Below are positions 1 through 10,784 of a stretch of DNA of 20,000 nt, piece by piece. Numbering within the stretch: position 1 is the stretch's first letter; each line of letters opens with the position of its first letter. The position numbers were made by a program, and so were the translations under genes. The notes under the pieces were generated by a model. The model was not told the DNA's origin, searched no databases, and worked only from the letters and a program-made list of their open reading frames with translations. This stretch comes from Catajapyx aquilonaris (taxonomy: Eukaryota): contig KZ538474.1 of NCBI GenBank assembly GCA_000934665.2, positions 47,717-67,716 of the forward strand. Direction: 5' to 3'.

Positions 1-280
1 GACAAAACAGCAATTTGGTTCACGTGCGTTGTAATTACCTCGATTCAAAAGTGAGCATAATGTGACTTTACAAGTTATTATCCAGTGCCCAAGTTAGTCA
101 ATAAATGCTGTCGAACAATAAGGTTTTTCTTATGCACCACGTTCAGTGCACCCTATTTTTTATTATATATTTCCAGGGAGCTAGCTTTATTAGTTTTCCT
201 TCCAACATGCTGAAGCCCTCTATTATATACGGTATACACAAGTGGCTTTCGTGACCCACTTGTAACAGCACCGAGTTGTA
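1..280 (+). mobile_element. Decayed Ty1/copia pol remnant A: C-terminal RNase H only, truncated by the window start
   Basis: Collinear + strand motifs across frameshifts: KTAIW (4-18; cf. KEAIWL), RSVH (140-151; cf. RSKHI), QVAFVTHL (239-262; cf. QVADIFTKPL). Only three short motifs, so support is weak. Confidence 0.4.
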
Positions 281-739
281 AATGGCTCGTGTAACATCGC
301 CACATGTGCCGAGTTTTTAACGCCAGTTATAATATCTGTCTGGAATATTATGCCACTGGCACATTCAGTCCACTGGACAAAGAGACTGCCATTCTGCGTG
401 TGACAATTCGAAAAAAGGGTGCAAAATAGCCATTTCCTTTTTCCGTAACGCATAGGTCCGGAAAAGGAAGCCAACCCGAACAGCTCATTAAAATCCAGAA
501 CAGCAGGTGTTTCCTCAGCAATAGATCCGTAGTATGCTTATGGCTGGATGAATGGTAGGGGAGCCTACTTCCCCCTATAACCGAACACATGTGCATACGG
601 CAACACAGCAAGCGTTATAAACGCCTCACAAAATGGGAGCTCAAGTGTGATGGCCGCGTCCGTAAAAGAGTAAACCTATCTTCATGACAAGCCCCAGGAA
701 GCGTCTCAAGACACACACTCGACCATCTTTCTACCGGAG

Positions 740-1970
740 CGTGAGAACACCATGTGGCACTTCACACTTACATATGCCAGCCAGATCGGCTGACTCACCA
801 CTTTTTCCCTATCCCCCAGCCTCCCTCAGACTTATGTGATTTAACCTCTGTTTTACTCGCCGCCTCATTTACAAACTATAAAAACATACACTTGCGATAT
901 GCATAACTTGAAGAGGAGAAAAAAAAAACTGGGGCTGACATAAATCATAAGAAGGATCATCCTCGGCCGAGATAATCCAATAAAAGTCTCTCCTCTGGTA
1001 TTGAGGACATTGGCGGAATTGCAAATGGGGATGTAATGAAGATGGTCAGCCCCTTTGGGTGGCTGCCAGCTAATTCCACCTTATCTCCATTCTGCCACTT
1101 CTTCCGCCCCACTATACCAGTACTGTAGTAGGCTACCACAGATTGCTTCTGCCGGAATGAATTACGTCCATTTGCCCACTTGTCATTTGAGTTCTATGCG
1201 ACAAGCATAACCAGTGACACCGGCACAGCAGGGGTCTAGACAAGACCAAACCCCCCTATGTACGACAAAAGAAATTTCTCAGGGTATAAAATTAATTTTT
1301 AGTGCGGACCAATCAGCTAGTTATAGCAAATGGGAAAAACGCGTAATCACTTTGGGCTCTTTACCTACACATTAAAAAAATGTTCATCCTCCCTGATTGG
1401 ACAAGAAGCCAATGAAGCATTTGATTAGTGGCTCGATTCAGAAGGGGCGTCAAGGAGAAAAGGAGGTTGCAAAGGTGCAAATAAAAAGAAGCCTCCGATG
1501 GCGGTTAGCAACAAAAGAAGCCACCCCCACCCCCCACCTTCTTTTGAATACCTGACGACCTTCAAGGCTATCTGTCGGCAAGATTTCAGCAGGACTTCCT
1601 TCCCACCAACATCCCACAAAAAATGTATGAGAAGTAATCATCACAATAAAAAAACGACATAATTGCCGGCCGGAGTTTCCTTGTGGTTGTGCATGGCTCC
1701 GGCGCCAGAGGCTCTCGACCAATCTGGCTTTAGCTAACGTAATAAGCCGTATATCATCAGCTGTCTCTTTGTTGGCCTAAATATTCTGTCCAAATGGAAC
1801 AATATGTGCTTCCGACCGGAACACTTGCCACCCACCTCGGAAATCAGATGGTCATTACGAGTTTCAGCACGAGCTACAATTACACGCGATGAAATAACCT
1901 TTACGTTAGCACACGATAACATAACGTCAGATTGAATCCTAATTATAGTCGGCTGCTTGATTTTCACACA
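740..1970 (-). mobile_element. Decayed Ty1/copia pol remnant B: partial RT plus RNase H, with internal deletions
   Basis: Minus-strand motifs in copia order: IYGL (1754-1743; cf. SIYGLKQ), ALKVVRYSKEG (1568-1536; cf. ALRVVRYLKG), WSCLD....VTGY (1248-1207; cf. WASCLDTRRSVTGY), KQSVVAYYST (1148-1119; cf. KQSVVALST), PVF (~936-925; cf. NPVFH), FVNEAASKTEVK (875-840; cf. FVREKV.KGEVK). Confidence 0.7.
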
Positions 1971-4311
1971 CTACCGCGGCTATAGTAAATAATTCAACGA
2001 TCCGGATATAAAACAATGGGCATACAATATGCATAAAATCGTTACCGCACCCTTCCAAATGGCGCACAAACGTGTGTACTAGAAGGTGCCAATAGCTCTT
2101 TCACTACAAATTGATAACAGCATAACTCGTTCTGAATGCAGTTTTACATTATTAAATGGCGTTCCGAATGCACCAGCTCGCCCTTCGCATTGACACATGC
2201 TCGTTGTAACCTTTCCTCCTCTTGACCCCCATCCATCATCGTTTGTATCTGCCCTTGGCATCATCAGTACCATTTTCATATCATTCAACTCGTCAATACT
2301 TTATTCAAAATAATTGTCGGCTCAGGAGATGCGCTAAGCTTGCTCGAGTAGACTGTGGAAAGATATATTTTTAAAAATTCATTTCGTGCAACGCATTTTT
2401 TTATATATAAAAAATCCGGCGTGGCGACAAAGGGAAATAAATGACATGCACGCGGTAAATTATGTCAAGTAACGTCACCACTCTCCAGGAATTACAGAAA
2501 CTAGTTTTCAAGGCCAAGAACAAAGCCAAGTAGAACAGCACACCTACACACTGTTGCACTTTTTTTTTGAACCATTTCGCATAATTCCGATATGCAAATG
2601 GCTTGCGCGCAAAACTCTAGTTGAGACGTGACAAGGAAGTTAAAACCCTAGCAAACTTTTACAGCGTCGGCGAATGGCGCCAAAATCTTACGTAAGTCGC
2701 AATATAACGTTGCAAGTGCTTTTACATAAGTTTCGGGTCCGTCTTTAAAATATAAAAAAAAAACAGTTCTCACATACGTCAAATAAACCGCCCGAAGCTC
2801 ACAAAAAAATTACAATCACGACCAAACTACCTAAAAAAGGCACAAAAAATGGGAGGGGTCACGAACATATCCCTCATAATTGTTTTGGCATGAGCATTCC
2901 TGGCATGAACTAATGCCAAAAAATGCATACCCTTTTTTTTCCCTTCCCGTAAAGTTGCATAAAGAAGACGTGGCCGCTGATAACTTATTCATGCCGTCGA
3001 GTCTTCATGACTGACTGACTTCATTGACCATCCTGAGCAAGTCTGTCGCAAGCATCACTGATGGAAATCCTGCTGAGGAAGCCTTACATGTGTGCTTAAC
3101 GTACATAAATTCCGGACGGCCTGTTTATACGGAGTCCACTGAATTGATCCGGATATCCGGTTGGTATAACCAGTCCTTGCTAATTATACGACCAGGCCAG
3201 AGTTCGGCCAGGGTTCGTAGAATAACAGGCGTGGATCTTAAAAGAGTGGGGCTAATTTTGGGGCAGGCGAAATCTGCTCCTCTGCTGGGGTCGCTGAGAA
3301 AGGTGCACTATCCTGGCAAAGTCCACCTGGAGGATAACTTGGGAGCCAATTGCATAGGGGTTCTTATCGAACTAGGAATGTAATCTGAAAACAAGCAAAG
3401 TCAGGTCCGATTTCATAATGACTGGCAAGTATTCGTCTGACAAGTGCGTAGACTAATCCGGGTTAGATATGGAGTCAATATTGTAGTGTGATTCCTCAAT
3501 AATTCCTCTTTGGGAGATCTGCAATCGAATGTGTGACCCACTGAACTATAGATAGGACGGTTATAGCCATTATCATCGTAATGCTGCAATTGTCTGAAAC
3601 TATTTAAGACGCACAACTTGATCCAATTTGTGCAAAGCGACAATTAGGCGATTACTCCGTCTAATCATTGCGCCATTCACACGTGTCCTTTTATTATACA
3701 CGTGTAATATAGTCCATTGTAACAATAGGCGGAGGAATATTGGTATAAGGTGCAACATTTTGGTTACTTCCTTACATCGCTTGTCAGCAAATATATCACA
3801 AACATGTTTTCTTGAGACACTCGATATATGGTGTAACAAAATGAATAATCGGCAAAATATCTTGGCCACTTCCTCGCTGAAATTCAGTTGAATCACCTTA
3901 CCTTGTATATGTGCGTATATGGTATTTATAATATAGAGCACCATCTGTCATTGCACCTATTGTGCACCTGTGCCTTCATAAATACTGCGTGTATAGGTCA
4001 TGTCCGTACATTCGAGTGCGCATCCGGAATATTGTGAGGAAATACTGTACCTAAACAATGACAGCCATATAGGGCTTGCAGATGTGCGAAGCAGGAAAAA
4101 GGAGAGGAAAATGCCATAGCCTGATGGATCCTGTGTGTTGCTGTTCTAACGGTGATTGACAAACAACTAGGGGCATTGCACATGCTTGATTCATCTGTGT
4201 AAAAAGTCACGCCAGATTCCGATTCGTCAGGCGTACAGGATCAAAAATACACACAAGCACATTCCGTAAGGCCGTGCGAAATTTATACACGCTCTTGCTA
4301 TTTTTCATCAC

Positions 4312-4346
4312 CAGAATCCAGGAATAGTGACTGTTCCTGGATTTTG
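4312..4346 (+). other. Short inverted repeat / hairpin (16-bp stem, 3-nt loop)
   Basis: CAGAATCCAGGAATAG-TGA-CTGTTCCTGGATTTTG: 14 Watson-Crick pairs plus 2 G:T pairs on the + strand. Confidence 0.75.
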
Positions 4347-5136
4347 TTTAGATTAGATTACGAGCATGATGTTTTTGATGATAAATCGCCAGATTTTTGA
4401 AATCCAAGTTTGATTACGCAGCTGTGGTACTGCAGAGGGTGACGTTATTATAGGCCAGTATTCGACTCATTTGTAGTAGAAAGATCATAAATGATATGCA
4501 TTGTCCTGTTGGTGTCTTCCAACCGGAGCACACCACTGTTAACAAAGCATCACACTGCCATAGCTTTCATCACCAAAAGAGATACATGTCGGTAAGCATC
4601 ACACATATACTTACATTAAATAATACTGGAAATGCACTATATGCATATTTCATAACTGCCAACTAGTAAAAATAATCGAAGGTAAGCTTGCAAAATGCCG
4701 CATTGCATTATAATGAATAGCAAAAAAATGAAACGTCGCAATAATCCCCATCACCATATCTACGATTCCGCAATATTGTGCGTTATACCTGCACAAACAA
4801 GTAAGCATATCTCCAAGCACCCCCAACCCCTCACAACCCCCACCTCTCAAAAAATCCTCAGATAAGTGAACCCATTGAAGATCCGACAAGAAGGTGCAAC
4901 TGATGAAAATCTTTCGCAAAACTCCTACTATTTCCTCACCTTAATGAAAAACAAAGCAACTCGTGTGTGAAATTGCGCACTACATGAAACACTATTTTTT
5001 GTGTCCATTGCACATGTGACTGGGTATTGTTTTGCAGTGTCTCAAAGGTATAGCCGGAAAGACCTGAGTGGTCAAGGCCTGCCAAATGTCACACCCGAGT
5101 GTGTGGGGTCCAACTGAGGGTGGGAATGGTGTATGT

Positions 5137-5155
5137 GGGGGGGGGGGGGNGGGGG
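5137..5155. repeat. Poly-G tract (G13-N-G5) containing an ambiguous base
   Basis: Read directly; N at 5150. Confidence 0.95.
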
Positions 5156-8100
5156 TAAGGTGGGTGGATATCGTTCAACGACCCATGCTCGTAACCAAAT
5201 ACTCAAAAATGAATCAGGGCAGACAGCCAGAAGTGGATTTTTGCACGCCATAATCTGGGGCCAATGGAAACACCCCTCGAAATCATAATCATCACCTTAT
5301 CTCTCAAGACTATTTGCAATAAATAGATAAGGTTGAAGAAGGTGGCAACTTCAAGCTCAGGTATGTATTTTAAAAAAAAGAGTAGGATAAGTGCTATCCA
5401 AATGTTGACTGAGTTACTAACTGTCTTCGAACTTTGGAAAAAAAAAAACTTGTGCCCAAAACATTGCGTATGTAAGTGCAAACGTGACCGTTCGAGGCCG
5501 GAAAAAAACTGTCATAGAACAAGGCCAAGTTATCTCACGCCTTGCCAATTCTGAAATTCATTCCAAGCATGTCGCCAGTCACGTATCGGTATCGTAACAA
5601 GCAAAAAAGAAGTCATATCGAACCCCCATTTATACCATTGGAATGAGACGCCGATAATATTACGACTCGACCCATAAGAGGTGGCTATAAAACTTATCCG
5701 CTGCGCTGTTGTAAGAATAGGCGATCATTGCTCCTTCGCATTTGCTGCAACCAAAATGTCGGGTCACAAAAGAAATCTGGCATATTCACGATGGTAGCAC
5801 ATGTGTGTGGAGACACGCACACACTACAAACATGATGGTGACATTAGTATAGCTCAGTAGTTGTGTACGCATATGGTCGCTGTAGGGCTCGCTCTTTGAC
5901 CTGGTCCATGCCTTATCTGGGGTCCAACCCTGATTCTAGTTCATATGGGCATGCCCTCTACTTTGGCATTATGAATTTCCACGCCAATAAGCAACGCAGC
6001 CAATAATAGCGAGGTGATTTCCTGCCTGGCCTTTACAGAAATAAAGCGAGTACTTGTTGAAAGTTTTCAGCCACTTCCATAGTTCAATGACCATTTTACT
6101 GATATTCCAAATTTATGCAAAAATAGATAAATTTGCACTCTGTCTTGTTCTTCAGTGGACACACTAGACGACCACTGTTGCGGACCACAGTTCGGAAGCA
6201 CTTGCTCACGGAACGGAAAAATTCGAATGTTTATCCGCCCACAGGTCGAAACCAAACTTTCCCTTTCCCTGTCTGGCATTTCCTGCTGTCTAAACAGGTA
6301 TTATTAGATTATTCTTTCCATCCTCATTCGTGTACGGAAATTGCACATATATTAAAAGTACATAAGTTCAATATTATTTACATACATTCGTGTCCTTCGT
6401 TAATATCTAGATGGGCCTTGAAAAGTTCCAGGATCTCTTATATGTTACTTTTTTTCCAAGTAATACTTTGTAACGCATTGCACATTTCAGGCAGCGTATA
6501 AATATGCGCGTGATTCTAAATAAAACATGGCGATTGAGTTGTTAGGCCCCAGGGCATGACGTAAGGTACCTATTCTTCGAAGAGAATGAAACGGGGAAAT
6601 ATTTGAGAGGAGGGAACACCTGAAAAGGGGTATCCAACAGGTGGTCGCGGTGCTCCATATGGCAAAAAAAAAAGCTGATCGACCGGTTGGATTGCCCCAG
6701 GACGGTATTACGTTTAGCCCTAAGCTACAGCCTACTAAGCCCAGCGATGATGTCATACGTTCACTTTGCATATACGTGTTTATGAGCTGGTTGACAATTT
6801 GGCCTGATATCGATATCCAATGTTAATACCGAATCAATTATGAATGGTATGCAAACCAGTGTTTATTTCATGGTCTATACGTCAACATTTCGGCATCCAA
6901 GTGCGAAATATTAATTAACACCTTTTGGGTCACGGGCCGCATGGTGACTGCCAATGGGCCAAAACAATTTTGGAGGATAATCTAGCAAGGAGTGTGACTG
7001 ACTATTCCAAAAGGGTTGACTTCGAGGCGGAGTAGCAACCGCAGGAACAATGGTGGGAAAAGTCGAGACCCCTTTCCTCATGCCCGAGAATTTTCCATGC
7101 ACATTAAGCCCTATTCAGTTCTCATGTTTGGAAAAATTCAGCTACGGCAACTAATGCTGCCTCACATTGTGTTAGACTCTCTTACCGAGATAATGACTGT
7201 ACTCAGGGGGCTTCAACTACTTGGTCATTCCATTACCAAACGCCCTCAATGCCAGCCCATCCAAATTTTGACCTCACCTGACACACACCGTGGTATATGA
7301 TTTAAAACATGATTATTGTACACATTTTGACCAAAAAATTCGCACGCGTTCTCACTTTCAAGCGCGCGGTTTAAATTGACCTAGTTATTCGCATCACAGC
7401 ACAATTTTCAAGTTTGTAAACAACGTTGGAAGTCTATTCAGCAGACACTTGATACCCACAACATTGGACCTAAACCCTCAACTGACCACAACCCTATTCG
7501 GTCCGTCACCCAAAAATACGGAAGGACAGTTTGGGTCCCCCCCCCCCCTTAGACTTTTATTGGTGCAGGTTCAACCTTGACATATTTATGGCCTATACAG
7601 CCTATGCATCCTCAGGCCCTTCAAAACGGTCCCGGAGTGTCCGAAATCCCAGACTTGCGATACCATCGTTACCGTCTGGAAGCGGCAGGTTACTGCTCTT
7701 TCCTCCAAAGATTAATCAATCCGTCTACCAGTCACGATTCTCATGATGAAAGAGGCACGTTGTTTGCCTCTCGTTTTCTATACGGCTACGCTGCATCAAA
7801 ACTTCAGCTCAGGTAATTTTCGTGTGGGTCAGTGGGAAAGTTGCATTGGGGAATGTGGCATGGCCCACGGAAATCTTTTAATTACGCGGGATCAGCGTGT
7901 TTCTTGTAGGTTCCTAATGACTTGGGTCTGGGCTATTAATGAGACTTGGCATGTTGCACATTTTCCGTTGCATAAGGAAATAAACCGTGAAAAATAATAT
8001 TGCATGCATGTACACATACGTACCAGTTGAGAAATATGCAAGGTACTGTTTTTTTTTTGTAGGTGTACAGTACCATAAATATTCCATTTCCGGACTGACT

Positions 8101-9973
8101 CATAGGTGGAACAAGTAAATAAGCCCTTTCAACATCTAAGGTTAGTAGGAAACTTTAGCTGTTATTGCTTGCAAAATAGCCCATGCTAATATCTCATGTT
8201 TAAATAATTCTCACCCGAAAAAAAATTGACTCCGCCCCCGGTTTCACACCACTTGGAAGCCCCTCCTCTAAAAATAGCATCGGTGTGTAACATGAGCACA
8301 CACATGATTGCGACATGGCCACCTGCAGTGCATGTTTTATGCCACCAATTAACACCGGAGGAAGAGGGGGTGAGGCAGCAGCTCTCAAGTGGGGGAAGAA
8401 GAAGACGACGACGCCCACCTTCAAGGACGCCCTTTCGTATATTTTAAAATTATGATTGTGTTCCCTCTTCACACTGCTTATTCCCAAACCTGACTCTTCC
8501 AATGACCAGCCTTGATTCGGTTTTACGCAGCTGATGTTGGGGCTATCCCGCAGAAAATACTATAGCAACAAGAAGTCATTAGTCACGTTGATTGCACCTG
8601 ACAGCTCATGGACATCCGATTTTTTAAATATGTATATAGCCATCATACATATTCGCAGATAAATGCGACAAATATTTTCATACCAATGTTTGCTCATGTG
8701 CATACTGAATATGTGAGACAATCTCAATAATTATTTCCGCTAAATCCGGAATCACACACATCACAATAGATGTCAAATAATTAGGGGTACACGCAAGCCC
8801 GAGTTTGCCTTGAAAAAAATCACTGCCAGAGAGGGTATATTTTTAGATGCAAGGGCGGAATGTAAGAGCAACACCCGATGACGATATAGATAGACCTTGG
8901 TCAGTACACTTGGAGCGCGGAAACCACACGGCTCTAAGGCAACCCTATCGGCCCCATCTATTCTTACCTTTGCGGTACGAGTGTTTTACATTACAAAATT
9001 CATCCCGGCCTGGGTTGGATCACAAAATAATATTGACGGGGCCGGTGGGCAGGAACGGGTCATGGAGTTCAACAAAAAAAAAATGCCTCCTCAGGTCTGA
9101 TTTCCCAAACAACATTGCGCAGCATATGCCGTTTGGCAATCCAATCGAAACAAATGGCCTCAAATGGTGTTGACACCAAAATACGGAGACTGTGTAGTAT
9201 TCCCAGCCCCCCCTAAGTACGTATCGCCATTCATTTTTCCTACGTGCTGTCCCTGACCCGCCGTCTGTGTGTTTCGTAACCAGCAGTTACCTACCCGCCC
9301 ACACACAAAAATAATGTGGCAACCTTGCTTATGTCAGCAACCTCTATCGTACCCGTACTTTTTAGGTACAACCATCCAGATACATCGTTACCTAACCTTT
9401 TTTGGGGGGAGTTCCTCCCTATAGCAACCCTCCCCAAAAGCCCATCAACAAGTGGCTTTTTGGAGGGATGTCACAATGCAATGTCCCCCCCCCCCTCCTT
9501 TTGCACCTGTTGCGTCCCCCCTCTTCAGGCGTTTGACCTCGGCCCCAAAGAAGTCGCACCAGGAAATCATATTTAGAAAAGCGGCCGGTGACTTACGCAA
9601 CTTTGCGACCTTGCAAAAGGGCGATACAATCGCGTTCCTCCGTCGCCCATGCGTGCAGGAACCTCAGAATCACAAGTTAACAATTAGTGGTGTGAAACAT
9701 CCAATTGTTCCTTTATATAATTTTTTTTTTTAAACTCAGGGTCGTGAATTTGTCGTGAATACAATATATTTTTGTAGTACGTATGCCCCCCTTTTTCTGC
9801 AGCATAGCCCAGTAAAAAATGGATACCATTAAAAAAAAACCTGCAGCAGCCCCCCCAAGGACGAGTTTCGACTAGGATGGAATGGACAAGAAGGAAAAGA
9901 GGCAGATGGAGAGAGGCTTCTTTACTCCTGCGGAGCTGGATAGCCTTGAACCGAGGCTTACCCTCTTGCTATA

Positions 9974-10022
9974 GGGGTTGGGGAGAGGGGAGATGTAGGG
10001 GTGCAGGTGGGGGATTGGTGGG
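9974..10022 (+). other. Putative G-quadruplex-forming sequence
   Basis: GGGG-TT-GGGG-AGA-GGGG-AGATGTA-GGGG-TGCAGGT-GGGGG-ATTGGT-GGG fits the G3+N1-7 pattern. Confidence 0.55.
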
Positions 10023-10745
10023 AGAAAAAAAAAATGTATATAGGCAGGGGGTGGGGGAGAATGACGACTCTTGGTTAGCGCGTAGTGGTGGAGAAGCTGA
10101 GCTTGGAAACAGGTTCATAGATGGGTATGGAGCTAGTAAATCCTGAGGGAGCAATGTGGACAATTCGCAGGTTGGGCGATGCTGCATGATTACATGAATT
10201 GCCAATTAGTGCAGTGTTGTCTGGAGGGTTGTGGTCGAAAACGGCGTAATAAATATTGTGCTGTCTATTGCACTAATTATCTAATATCAGCATTCTTCAA
10301 GCTTCATCCTATAATGCAGACTTGCAAATGCAAGCTATTTTCCGGCTCATAAAATGACACGCAATAAAATCCTACCTCAAGAATCATGCAGTGTTAGATA
10401 TAGGGTACCATTTGCACCATTGGTTACTATCCATTTTTTAAATAAAAAAAATGCACCAATGCACCCCCTGGGAGGAAGGGCGTGATAATCCGGAATGCTG
10501 CCGTCCCCTATTCCAGCCCAGTCATCTGGAAACCACCGGGGGTTGAAAAAGAGTGGCCGCATGGAACCCCTCCAGTCTCCAGAGCAGGTGCTGCGAGTGT
10601 CTCCAAAAGGAGCACAAAGGCCCGCCATGAGGACAAGTGCAACCCTAACCACCAACCAAACCTTCCGCTTCACTCTCCCTTTCTTTTCGTTTCCAAGCCT
10701 GCGAGGGACGAAGAAGCGGAACGCAACAACTTGCAAGACGAGAAG

Positions 10746-10784
10746 GTGGTAGAAGAAGGAGGTGGTGGTGGAGGAGGAGGAGGA
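10746..10784 (+). repeat. Degenerate GGT/GAA/GGA trinucleotide low-complexity tract
   Basis: ggtggtagaagaaggaggtggtggtggaggaggaggagg; produces the poly-Gly and poly-Ser runs in the ORF track. Confidence 0.8.

Larger units (their letters stand above)
2050..6780 (-). mobile_element. Decayed near-complete Ty1/copia gag-pol remnant C
   Basis: Minus-strand collinear motifs: gag-like FAIWS (6666-6652), knuckle-like CYHR (5799-5788; cf. CYHC), YIPEL...NLI (5367-5326; cf. YIPELKFNLIS), CDIWQ (5093-5079; cf. CDICQ of the integrase HHCC), MLTDMYLFW followed by frameshifted E/AM (4599-4559; cf. ML.D.KLP..FWAEA), KTP (4518-4510), VTFYTDES (4210-4187; cf. DVTFDES), SSIRTPMQLAPKLSSRWTL (3373-3317; cf. SSIRTLLALAA..W.L), KQAVR (3126-3112; cf. 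KQAPR), LDGM (3001-2990; decayed VDDM), QLF*IK (2316-2299; cf. QLLWIK). Confidence 0.7.

Noticed and set aside
3280..3356. Plus-strand LLGSL...EDNLGANCI resembling copia RNase H CDNLGA
   Set aside because: Isolated and opposite to a long collinear minus-strand RT chain; treated as chance. It also shows that single motif matches here are unreliable.
7569..7812. Candidate 244-nt exon with AG/GT splice sites and an open frame
   Set aside because: The frame encodes IPDLR...RLEAAGY, better explained as copia pol of remnant D; no partner exons were found.
9417..9976. 11-bp inverted repeat CCCTATAGCAA / TTGCTATAGGG as MITE termini
   Set aside because: Expected by chance at this spacing, and the enclosed sequence carries continuous copia RT motifs.
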